From assembly GCA_938023335.1 (NCBI GenBank), contig CALIHA010000053.1:73015-137014 (forward strand): a stretch of DNA of 64,000 nt. The letters are read 5' to 3'. Made by a program: the position numbers and the translations under genes. Of the stretch, positions 1-8,151 are shown piece after piece; position 1 is the stretch's first letter, and each line of letters starts with the position of its first letter. The notes under the pieces are model-generated. The model searched no databases and had not been told where the DNA came from. It saw only the letters and a list, made by a program, of their open reading frames with translations. The stretch comes from an uncultured Collinsella sp. (GTDB taxonomy: Bacteria; Actinomycetota; Coriobacteriia; Coriobacteriales; Coriobacteriaceae).

Positions 1-236
1 AGGCCGTGCCTGCGGATCTGCGCAACAGCGACGATTTCTACGACAACTACCCCTGCTACTGGTGGTATTACCATCACTACGGCAACGAGTCTCCGCTCGA
101 TTCGTTCAACGATGTGTATCACGAGACCATCCGCGAGCTGGCTTCGAGTTCCGATAGCTCGAGCGGCGGCAGCGGCGGCGGCTTTTCCGGTGGCGGCGGT
201 GGCGGCGTCGGCGGAGGCGGCGGCGGAACGTTCTAA
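1..236 (+). CDS. 3' fragment of a gene truncated by the window edge; protein ends in a Ser/Gly-rich tail (SSGGSGGGFSGGGGGGVGGGGGGTF) like DUF2207/TPM-type membrane proteins
   Basis: ORF open to the window start; aromatic-rich segment then Gly tail; hairpin plus T-run terminator follows at 251-298. Confidence 0.5.
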   Translation, partial: AVPADLRNSDDFYDNYPCYWWYYHHYGNESPLDSFNDVYHETIRELASSSDSSSGGSGGGFSGGGGGGVGGGGGGTF

Positions 237-250
237 CGGTCGTAAATTAT

Positions 251-298
251 GGGATGGGCTTTTCTCGACAGCCGTCGGGGAAAGCCCATCCCCTTTTT
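251..298 (+). terminator. Intrinsic terminator (12-bp stem GGGATGGGCTTT/AAAGCCCATCCC followed by a T-run)
   Basis: Stem arms at 251-262 and 281-292, T5 at 294-298. Confidence 0.7.
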
Positions 299-425
299 AC
301 GCGCTACCTACGAAGACTGTCCCCAGCAACTAGTCATTTAAGAACGTTCCTAACGACTAGGTGCGGTTGCTGCCAAGGAGTGTCCCGGGGTGCCGGCACA
401 AAAGGAACGTCCCTAGCTGCCAGGT

Positions 426-1067
426 TTAGGCTGTTAGATCGAGTTCGTAGAGGAAGCTTTCGCGCGGCATGTCGTGGCGGCGCTCTTCGCGGTTGGCGCG
501 GTGCGTGGCCGTGCGCTTAAAGCCGTGCAGCTCGTAGAACTTCCATGAGCAGTTGGAGTCGGTGTACAGGTGCGCTCTTGTCGCCCCGCGCGAGGACAGG
601 TGCGAGACCGCGGCGTCGAGCAAGACCGAGCCAACGCCCAGGCCATGGACATCGCGATCCACGGCAAGCAGCGTGACCTCGTTGTCGTGTGGCAGGGGGC
701 TGCTTTCGAGCAGACGGTTGTTGGTGCGGATGGTTGCGCGCACAAACGAGAGATACTCGGCGCAGGCATCGGGCTCCAGCTCACGCATCTGCGATAGCAG
801 CGCGCGCTCGGTATCCATCCAATGTTCATTGACGGTGGCGCCGGAGCTTTGCCCCGCACGCGCGAGCGCAATGCCGCGCGCCTGGCCGTCGATGACGGCA
901 ACCTGCGAAAACGTCGACGACGAAAGGCAGTAGGCAAGGTCGCACGCGGCCTCAAGGCGGTTGTACTCATCGTTATCCGAATTGTTATGCCAAAGCTGCT
1001 GCAGAATCAGCGCGATGGTGTCGAAGTCTTCGGTATCAAACGGTCGGTAGAGAACCCGCGAGACCAT
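426..1067 (-). CDS. GNAT family N-acetyltransferase
   Basis: 213 aa; acetyl-CoA-binding-type segment LLAVDRDVHGLGVGSVLL; AAGAGG RBS before the ATG. Confidence 0.8.
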   Translation of the reverse strand: MVSRVLYRPFDTEDFDTIALILQQLWHNNSDNDEYNRLEAACDLAYCLSSSTFSQVAVIDGQARGIALARAGQSSGATVNEHWMDTERALLSQMRELEPDACAEYLSFVRATIRTNNRLLESSPLPHDNEVTLLAVDRDVHGLGVGSVLLDAAVSHLSSRGATRAHLYTDSNCSWKFYELHGFKRTATHRANREERRHDMPRESFLYELDLTA

Positions 1068-1344
1068 GGTGCCTCTTTCTTTTGCGGATGCATATCGAGC
1101 ACAGTTCTACCACGCCATTGGCATCGAATTATGGTGCCCCTGTGTTCCATGAACTCACCGCGCCCGGTGCCGCGCCCATGCCCTCCGCTCGCAAGCTTTT
1201 TCTGCACATGCGACCGTTGCGGGGTGCATCGACGCGCTCGATGCGCTACATTGAATCAGTATTTTCAATGCCGCTGCGCGAGCGCTGCAGATCGACGTAT
1301 CACCGACTCACAGAGCACGGCGGCGTACCAGACAGGAGGACTGC

Positions 1345-2952
1345 ATGGGATCTGATGTGAAGATCGCACGCGCGTTGATCTCGGTTACCGATAAAACGGG
1401 TGTCGTCGATTTCGCACGGACGCTGGTCGATGACTTTGGCGTCGAGATCATCTCTACGGGCGGCACGGCTCGTGCCATCGAGGACGCGGGCGTTCCCGTA
1501 ACCCCCATCGAGGAGTTCACGGGCTATCCCGAGATGATGGACGGCCGCGTTAAGACCCTGCACCCCAAGGTTCACGGCGCGCTGCTGGCCCGCCGCGATT
1601 CCGAGCAGCACATGCAGGAGGCCGCTCAGCACGGCATTAAGCTGATCGACTTGGTCGTCGTCAACCTGTACGAGTTCGAGAAGACCGTTGCCAACCCCGA
1701 GGTCACCTTCGCGGATGCCATCGAGCACATCGACATCGGCGGTCCCTCCATGCTGCGCTCTGCTGCCAAGAACGCCACGAGCGTTACCGTCATCTCCGAT
1801 CCGGCCGACTATGATGCCGTCCTGGCCGAGATGCGCGAGACCGGTGGCTGCACCACGCTTTCCACCCGTCGTCGCCTGCAGGTGAAGGTCTACCAGACCA
1901 CCGCCGCCTACGACACGGCTATCTCCCGTTGGCTTGCCGCTCAGGCAAGCGACGTGGCGGACACCTCTGCCAAGCTCGAGATCTCGCTGGAGAAGGTCGA
2001 CGACCTGCGCTATGGTGAGAATCCTCAGCAAAAGGCTACGGTCTACCGCTTTGCCGAGGGCTGCGAGAACACCGCGAGCTCTCAGTTCCCGCTTGTGGGC
2101 TCCGAGCAGATCCAGGGCAAGCCGCTCAGCTACAACAACTATCTGGACGCCGATGCCGCCTGGAACCTGGTCCGCGAGTTCGACGAGCCGGCCTGCGTGA
2201 TCCTCAAGCATCAGAACCCCTGCGGTTCCGCCGTTGCCGAGGACATCACGGCCGCCTACGACCGCGCTTTCGCCTGCGATCCCAAGAGCGCCTTCGGCGG
2301 CATCATCGCCTGCAACCGCGAGGTTCCCTTTGAGCTGGTTGAGCATTTTGCCGACGAGAACAAGCAGTTCGTCGAGGTCATCATCGCCCCGAGCTACACC
2401 GATGAGGCGCTCGAGCGCATGGTCAAGCGCCCCAACCTGCGCGTGCTGGCTACCGGCGGCGTGGACCACGGTGCCCAGGTGGAGCTGCGCTCCATCGACG
2501 GCGGCATGCTGGTGCAGGAGGTCGACCACGTGACCGAGGATCCCGCGACCTTTACGTTCCCCACCGATCGCAAGCCCACCGACGCTGAGATGGCCGAGCT
2601 CGAGTTTGCCTGGAAGGTCTGCAAGGGCGTCAAGTCCAACGCCATCCTGGTCTCCAAGGGCAAGGCCGGCATTGGCATGGGCCCCGGTCAGCCCAACCGC
2701 GTTGACTCTGCGCTGCTTGCCTGCGAGCGCGCCGAGGACTTCTGCGAGCGCGAGGGCGTGGAGAAGGGCGGCTTTGCCTGCGCAAGCGACGCGTTCTTCC
2801 CGTTCCGCGACAACGTCGACGTGCTTGCCGCACACGGCGTGACCTGCATCATCCAGCCCGGCGGCTCCAAGCGCGATGACGAGAGCATCCAGGCCTGCAA
2901 CGAGCACAATATTGCGATGGTTTTCACGGGTGCGCGCCACTTCCGCCATTAA
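1345..2952 (+). CDS. purH: Bifunctional AICAR formyltransferase / IMP cyclohydrolase
   Basis: 535 aa; MGS-like N-terminus ([22 protein letters not shown]), [13 protein letters not shown]-terminal QPGGSKRD; AGGAGG RBS at 1333-1338. Confidence 0.95.
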   Translation: MGSDVKIARALISVTDKTGVVDFARTLVDDFGVEIISTGGTARAIEDAGVPVTPIEEFTGYPEMMDGRVKTLHPKVHGALLARRDSEQHMQEAAQHGIKLIDLVVVNLYEFEKTVANPEVTFADAIEHIDIGGPSMLRSAAKNATSVTVISDPADYDAVLAEMRETGGCTTLSTRRRLQVKVYQTTAAYDTAISRWLAAQASDVADTSAKLEISLEKVDDLRYGENPQQKATVYRFAEGCENTASSQFPLVGSEQIQGKPLSYNNYLDADAAWNLVREFDEPACVILKHQNPCGSAVAEDITAAYDRAFACDPKSAFGGIIACNREVPFELVEHFADENKQFVEVIIAPSYTDEALERMVKRPNLRVLATGGVDHGAQVELRSIDGGMLVQEVDHVTEDPATFTFPTDRKPTDAEMAELEFAWKVCKGVKSNAILVSKGKAGIGMGPGQPNRVDSALLACERAEDFCEREGVEKGGFACASDAFFPFRDNVDVLAAHGVTCIIQPGGSKRDDESIQACNEHNIAMVFTGARHFRH

Positions 2953-3150
2953 GTAGGGAGGTGGCGCTGCGGCTTGCCCAACCACCGCACCTTGCCGCTC
3001 ATTCGTCGCCCGCGTACCCAAGTACGCGTCGCTCCTCTTTCACGGCAATCTGCGGCACCTGGGCAACCCTCGCCGACCTGTTAGGTTGACTGGGGAGGAT
3101 GGGATGTTATCTCGTCCCTTGGACCGCCTCGCTTCTAAAATTATCTCTGC

Positions 3151-3187
3151 AAAAGACGGTCGCTCCGTTTGGAGGGCCGTCTTTTTG
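3151..3187. terminator. Hairpin flanked by an A-run and a T-run (bidirectional terminator-like), 200 nt after purH and 16 nt before the next gene
   Basis: AAAAGACGG...CCGTCTTTTT with inner CTCC/GGAG pairing. Confidence 0.55.
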
Positions 3188-3202
3188 GTATAAGAGGACG
3201 GA

Positions 3203-3934
3203 ATGACTAACACGAAAGGTATGACCATGCCCCAGATTGATGATGCCGAGCTGTTTGGCAATGCCGAGGATCAGCGTGCGTACGAGGACTTTTGCGCCAA
3301 TCAGGAGGCGGTCGAGAAGTTTACGCTCGACAAGCCCGCGCTTGTCTGCCGTTGGCGCATGTCCAACAAAAAGGTGCCCATGCTCAACCGCCACATTCGC
3401 GCACTGTCCGAGCGCCTGGTGCAGGGCGAGGCGCTCACCCATAACATGCTCAGCTGGGCTAAGCAGCACGTTGAGTGGTCGCTTGCCGAGGGCGATTACA
3501 CCGCGCACGACGGCGTGCTCATGCTGGTGATCGACGTTAACGGCAATGCCGCCATGACGGTGGGTGAGTACGCGCCGCTGGCCGATACTTCGGCCAAGGC
3601 GCTGCGTGCCCGCTCCGCCGAGGCCCGCTCCGAGGCCGACGAAACCGGCGTGGCGCCCGAGCTGCTCGCTGCCGTCAACAACGGCGAGCTGGCCTTTGTG
3701 GCGCCGGCGGACGAGTGCCTGTGTGGCACGGCGACGCTCATAGAGCAGCTGGCCCAGACCAAGGGCATCCCGGTCACGCGCGTAGACATTCCCGCACAGC
3801 TCAAGGGCGCCTTGTTCCTGGTAAGCGACGAGCACGGCGTGGTGCCTGCCGCCGACGCCGGCGCCGCCGAGTCTGATGCCGCGACGGTCGCCTTCTTTGC
3901 CGACGGCTACGAAAAGCTTCGCGCCCGCCGCTAA
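3203..3934 (+). CDS. Hypothetical protein (243 aa)
   Basis: AAGAGGA RBS, coding-like composition. The segment PMLNRHIRALSERL faintly recalls fold-type IV PLP enzymes, but I cannot support a family call. Confidence 0.6.
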   Translation: MTNTKGMTMPQIDDAELFGNAEDQRAYEDFCANQEAVEKFTLDKPALVCRWRMSNKKVPMLNRHIRALSERLVQGEALTHNMLSWAKQHVEWSLAEGDYTAHDGVLMLVIDVNGNAAMTVGEYAPLADTSAKALRARSAEARSEADETGVAPELLAAVNNGELAFVAPADECLCGTATLIEQLAQTKGIPVTRVDIPAQLKGALFLVSDEHGVVPAADAGAAESDAATVAFFADGYEKLRARR

Positions 3935-4113
3935 GTGATTTTTCTGGGACGGGGATTAAAGAATCATTTTGGTTCCCGCCACCGCTGCGAGTGCGAGGCG
4001 GACAAAACGCCCCCGCTCGCGAACAGTTCTGTCACCTTGGCGATGTGCGTGGCGCGCACCTGCAGTTTCGCAGCCATAATGGTGGCAAGACAATCAAGAG
4101 GGGAGCGGAATCC

Positions 4114-4785
4114 ATGGCGCTAATCTATATCGTTGAGGACGACGAGCCCATTCGTCGTGAGCTTGTCGACATCCTTGCCCGCGCCGGGTTTGAAATCGAG
4201 GCCTGCGAATCGTTCGAGCATGTCTCGCGCGATATTCTCGCCGCCGCGCCCGACCTGGTGCTGCTCGACCTCACGCTTCCCGTCAAGGACGGCCAGCATA
4301 TCTGCCACGAGGTTCGCCGCGAATCCGAGGTCCCCATCATCGTCCTCACCTCGCGCACGACCGAGATCGACGAGGTCATGGCCATGACGCTCGGCGCGGA
4401 CGACTTTGTTCCCAAGCCCTATAGCGCGCGCGTGCTCGTGGCGCGCATCAACGCACTGCTGCGTCGCACCGCGGCGTCAGGCGAGCGCAGCACGCTCGTC
4501 CACAAGGGGCTGGAGCTCGACCTCGCCCGCTCTATGGTCACCAACACGGCGACCGGCGACAGCACCGAGCTCACCAAAAATGAGCTGCGTATCCTCTCGC
4601 TGCTCCTGAGCCGCGCGGGCAAGATCGTCTCGCGCTCGGCCATCATGCAGGACCTGTGGGACTCCGACGCCTTCGTGGACGACAATACGCTCACCGTCAA
4701 CATCAACCGCCTGCGCACCACGCTCGAAAAAATCGGCATCAAGGGGTATTTGACGACGCATCGCGGCCAAGGCTATTCGGTCTAG
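4114..4785 (+). CDS. OmpR-family response regulator, BceR/GraR-like
   Basis: MALIYIVEDDEPIRREL receiver start, DLVLLDLTLP, C-terminal winged helix (LTKNELRILSLLL...TLTVNINRLR...THRGQGY). I moved the start from 3991 to the ATG at 4114, which has a GAGGGGAG RBS. Confidence 0.9.
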   Translation: MALIYIVEDDEPIRRELVDILARAGFEIEACESFEHVSRDILAAAPDLVLLDLTLPVKDGQHICHEVRRESEVPIIVLTSRTTEIDEVMAMTLGADDFVPKPYSARVLVARINALLRRTAASGERSTLVHKGLELDLARSMVTNTATGDSTELTKNELRILSLLLSRAGKIVSRSAIMQDLWDSDAFVDDNTLTVNINRLRTTLEKIGIKGYLTTHRGQGYSV

Positions 4786-4794
4786 GGGCCGGCT

Positions 4795-5838
4795 ATGTCG
4801 TTTGGCAAGTTCTTTAAAGATGCACTGCTTCCCGTCGCCGTGTGGACGTGCGGCGTGCTGCTGAGCTGCTTTGTGCTGACGGTCGCCGGCGCACCCGTTT
4901 CTATCGTGGTCGTGGCGGTTGGCGTGTCCTTTATCTTCGGTATGCTCGGCATCGTGATCGAGTACGCTCGCCGTCGCCGTTTTCTGCGTCAGTTGGAGCG
5001 CGCGGCAGAGGAGCTCGAGAGTCCCGCATGGGTGCAGGAGATGGTGCAATGCCCAACCTATGCCGAGGGCGAGCTCGAGTACGAGGTCCTGTGCCGGGTG
5101 GGCAAAGCCGCCTGCGACGAGGTTGCCGAGGGCCGGCGTCAGACCGAAGACTATCGCGACTATATCGAGAGCTGGGTCCACGAGGCCAAGCTGCCCCTGG
5201 CGGCGGCTCACCTGATTCTGGAAAACCTCGACGGCGGCGCAGATGACCCAACACGTGTCGATGACCTGGGTCGCGAGTTGGCTCGCGTGGAACGCTATAT
5301 CGACCAGGCGCTGTACTACGCGCGCTCGGAAGTCGTGGAGCGCGACTACCTGATTCGCCGCTGGGACCTTAAGACCTTGGTGACGGGTGCGATTAAGGCC
5401 AACGCGCGCGAGCTCATTGCGGCGCACGTGGCTCCGGTGTGCGAGAACCTCGACTTCGAGGTCTTTACCGACGAAAAATGGCTCGAGTTTATCCTGGGCC
5501 AGCTCATTCAGAACAGCATTAAATATGCGCGCGAGGACGGCGCGAAGATCGTGTTTTCGGGCGCGTTACTGGACGAGGGCCTGGCGAGCGAGCGCATCGA
5601 GCTCACCGTTGCGGACAACGGCTGCGGCGTGTGTGCGGCAGACCTGCCGCGCGTGTTCGAGAAGGGCTTTACCGGCGACAACGGCCGCACCACCAAGCGC
5701 GCAACGGGCATCGGCCTCTACCTGGTGGCGCGCCTATGCTCCAAGATGGGCATCGACGTCACGGCGGCATCCGACTCCGGCGAAGGCTTTGTCGTAACGT
5801 TCGCCTTCTCGACGAACAAGTTCCAATACTTTGAGTAG
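4795..5838 (+). CDS. Histidine kinase, BceS-like intramembrane-sensing type (two N-terminal TM helices, almost no extracellular loop)
   Basis: 347 aa; N-terminal TM pair, H-box region WVHEAKLPL, ATPase motifs NSIKYA, DNGCGV, GIGLYL. Confidence 0.85.
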   Translation: MSFGKFFKDALLPVAVWTCGVLLSCFVLTVAGAPVSIVVVAVGVSFIFGMLGIVIEYARRRRFLRQLERAAEELESPAWVQEMVQCPTYAEGELEYEVLCRVGKAACDEVAEGRRQTEDYRDYIESWVHEAKLPLAAAHLILENLDGGADDPTRVDDLGRELARVERYIDQALYYARSEVVERDYLIRRWDLKTLVTGAIKANARELIAAHVAPVCENLDFEVFTDEKWLEFILGQLIQNSIKYAREDGAKIVFSGALLDEGLASERIELTVADNGCGVCAADLPRVFEKGFTGDNGRTTKRATGIGLYLVARLCSKMGIDVTAASDSGEGFVVTFAFSTNKFQYFE

Positions 5839-5864
5839 CCGGGCCGTCTTGCGCTGCGGACGGC

Positions 5865-5922
5865 TATGTTCCCGAACGTGAACTTAGCTAAGGCAACTGG
5901 CGTTATGTTCCCGAACGTGAAC
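5865..5922 (+). repeat. Two copies of the 19-nt direct repeat TATGTTCCCGAACGTGAAC with a 39-nt period; each copy contains ATGTTC...GAAC(A/T)T dyad symmetry
   Basis: Copies at 5865-5883 and 5904-5922, read directly. Confidence 0.8.
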
Positions 5923-5978
5923 ATAACTATGAGGCTCAAATGGATCTCCCAAAACAAAAACGTGCAGCCCAAACAAAA

Positions 5979-6004
5979 CGTGCCGCCCCAAACGGGGCGG
6001 CACG
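5979..6004. terminator. GC hairpin GTGCCGCCCC-AAAC-GGGGCGGCAC; T-rich on the minus strand, so probably the usp terminator
   Basis: Perfect 10-bp stem; minus-strand downstream sequence is GTTTTGTTTGGG...GTTTTTGTTTTGGG. Confidence 0.6.
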
Positions 6005-6150
6005 CCATCTTTTATCAGCCAACTCGCTGAAGTAAGGCTGCGAAGGCCGCGGGGCCGGGAGGGGTTTCCTAAGGGCGCATCCCGCAGCCGCAACGCGGCG
6101 AGGACGTGCCCGTGGAAACCCCGCAGGCCCCGCGGCCGGTGGGAGCAACG

Positions 6151-6588
6151 CTACTTCACGACCAAAATGTCGCAGTCCGTATTGCGCAGCAGGAACGTCG
6201 AAATCGAACCCAGCAGCGCATACTTGATCGAGGACAGGCCGCGGGCGCCGCAGAGCACCAGGTCGGGCTTGACCACGTCGAGCATCTCGTCTTTGAGCGT
6301 CTCACGAATACGGCCGGCGCGAATCATGACTTCGACCTCGGGAATGTCGGGATTGGCCTTGGCCTCTTCGAGCTGCTTGGCGATGGAGTTCTTAAATGCC
6401 TCCTCTAGGCCGTTGACCAGATCGACCGGATAGGAACCGGCGCTCTCGAGCGCCGTGGAATCGATAACGTGGCCGATAATCAGCTTGGCGCCGTTGTTCG
6501 CGGCGACCTTGATGGCGCGTGCGAGCACAAAATCCTGCTGCTCAGTACCGTCGAGTGAAACAAATACCTTGGTGTAGCCCTCGTTCAT
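6151..6588 (-). CDS. Universal stress protein (UspA family)
   Basis: 145 aa; KVFVSLDGTEQ...GARGLSSIKYALLGS...CDILVV; AAGGAGGAAACC RBS. Confidence 0.9.
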   Translation of the reverse strand: MNEGYTKVFVSLDGTEQQDFVLARAIKVAANNGAKLIIGHVIDSTALESAGSYPVDLVNGLEEAFKNSIAKQLEEAKANPDIPEVEVMIRAGRIRETLKDEMLDVVKPDLVLCGARGLSSIKYALLGSISTFLLRNTDCDILVVK

Positions 6589-6837
6589 GGTTTCCTCCTT
6601 GGTCTATCGCACGGGCGCGGGGCTCGTGCATCGGGCGGGCGCGGGCGCGTTGGCCGCCGGACACTTTATCTTGTTGCAGTTATACCCAAGGATTTGGGTT
6701 TGACCGCTCGCAATTCTGTGAACGGGCGAGTTTTTTGGTAAGGGTAGGCGCGGTCGCACCGCCAACGGTTGATAATGGGACATCGCCCGCATCGTCCGCA
6801 GAACATCTACCGGCGGGTGTCTAACGAGGGGGTCCCT

Positions 6838-7818
6838 TTGGATATTATCGAGCTTCTAAAATCTGCCTTCATGGGCCTGGTCGAGGGCATCACCGAATGG
6901 CTGCCTGTTTCGTCGACCGGTCACATGATCTTGGTGGACGAGTTCGTCAAGATGAACGTGAGCGAGACGTTCTGGAACATGTTCCTGGTCGTGATTCAGC
7001 TTGGCGCCATTTTGGCCGTCTGTGTGCTGTTCTTCCATGAGCTCAATCCGTTCTCGCCCAGCAAGGGCAAGGAGGGCCGTCGCGACACCTGGGTGCTGTG
7101 GGGCAAGATTGTGCTCGGTTGCATTCCTGCGGCGGCGATCGGCCTGCCGCTCAACGACTGGATGGAGGAGCATTTCTACAATGCTCCCGTCGTGGCGCTG
7201 GCGCTCATTGTGTACGGCGTGCTGTTTATCGTGATCGAGAACTGGCGCGCAAACAAGCGCGAGGAAATGGCCGTTGCCGGTTCGTTTGGTTCGCGTGCTG
7301 TGGTGTCGGGTGGACGTCCCGCCGGTGCGCACTTTGCGGCGCCCGCCGCGGCTACCGCTGAGGATGAGGACGATGACGAGGATCTGGACTTTGGCTCCAT
7401 CGCCACGCTCGAGGACCTGAGCTGGAAGACTGCGCTGGGCATCGGCTGCTTCCAGGTGCTTTCGCTGGTGCCTGGTACGTCTCGCTCCGGTTCTACCATC
7501 ATCGGCGGCCTGCTTTTGGGCTGCACGCGTTCGGTGGCGTCCAAGTTTACGTTCTTCCTGGCCATCCCTGTCATGTTTGGCGCGAGTGCGCTCAAGCTGG
7601 TCAAGTATTTCATCAAGGGCGGTACGTTCGGCGCCAACGAGGTCGCTATCCTGGGCGTGGGCTGCGTTGTGGCCTTTGTGGTTTCGCTCATCGCCATTAA
7701 GTGGCTCATGGGCTTCGTCCGCCGTCACGACTTCAAGTGCTTCGGTGTTTACCGCATCATCCTGGGCATCGTGGTGCTTGCGTACTTCTTCGTCCTGGAG
7801 CCGATGCTCGGCCTCTAA
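6838..7818 (+). CDS. uppP: Undecaprenyl-diphosphate phosphatase (BacA/UppP) with a roughly 55-aa Ala/acidic insertion
   Basis: GLVEGITEWLPVSSTGHMILV and PGTSRSGSTIIGG motifs. TTG start at 6838 with a GAGGGGG RBS gives the canonical N-terminal length (the ORF track starts at 6769). Confidence 0.88.
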   Translation: MDIIELLKSAFMGLVEGITEWLPVSSTGHMILVDEFVKMNVSETFWNMFLVVIQLGAILAVCVLFFHELNPFSPSKGKEGRRDTWVLWGKIVLGCIPAAAIGLPLNDWMEEHFYNAPVVALALIVYGVLFIVIENWRANKREEMAVAGSFGSRAVVSGGRPAGAHFAAPAAATAEDEDDDEDLDFGSIATLEDLSWKTALGIGCFQVLSLVPGTSRSGSTIIGGLLLGCTRSVASKFTFFLAIPVMFGASALKLVKYFIKGGTFGANEVAILGVGCVVAFVVSLIAIKWLMGFVRRHDFKCFGVYRIILGIVVLAYFFVLEPMLGL

Positions 7819-7865
7819 CTTAGTCGACGCTGCGCGGCGGTCAGGGCGACAACTTGTCATTCAAA

Positions 7866-7904
7866 GGGGGTGGCATGACCAAAAGGTCTATGCCGCCCCC
7901 TTTT
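7866..7904 (+). terminator. Intrinsic terminator after uppP (GGGGGTGGCAT / ATGCCGCCCCC plus TTTT), embedded in a longer imperfect palindrome at 7838-7929
   Basis: Read directly. Confidence 0.7.
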
Positions 7905-8151
7905 CATGCCAATTTGTTCGCCCTGACCGTCGCTCGCTGCTGCTGCCATGACATCGGCGGTTTCGTGATTGTCAATAGATTGGTGCAAAGTAACCTGACC
8001 CCATTGCGCCAAATCCGTTGGGGCGAGCCTGACGGTGACGCACGGAGTCGTGGTGTGATTTGCGTCGGTGTCCGCGCGGCTCGGTATACTGGTACGGCTC
8101 AAACTATGGCGCTGCCCGCAGGCGCGCCGTCCGTCAGATGAGGAGTCGCCC

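Noticed and set aside
1068-1344. Looked for a ZTP (pfl) riboswitch, which is often found upstream of purH.
   Set aside because: I found no CCGCCTGGGC-type pseudoknot element or GACTGGCG-type 5' element in the interval.
1300-3021. 573-codon ORF antisense to purH. Similar long antisense or shadow ORFs are 8662-9876(-), 14456-16606(-), 21470-23125(-), 23243-24928(-), 43737-44816(-), 45932-47089(-), 60393-61967(+), 61933-63324(+) and 36536-37966(-).
   Set aside because: They lie opposite genes with unmistakable family motifs. Their translations are Ala/Gly/Arg/Val/Leu/Asp/His-rich low-complexity sequences typical of stop-poor frames in high-GC DNA. They have no RBS.
5865-5922. Considered whether the tandem repeats, or any other repeats in the window, form a CRISPR array.
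   Set aside because: There are only two copies, the repeats are too short with a 20-nt spacer, and there are no cas genes. None of the other repeat families shows regular repeat-spacer periodicity.
5928-6029. 33-codon ORF (MRLKWISQNKNVQPKQNVPPQTGRHAIFYQPTR) after the tandem repeats.
   Set aside because: It has no RBS, it runs through a perfect terminator hairpin, and its composition is dictated by CA-rich repeats.
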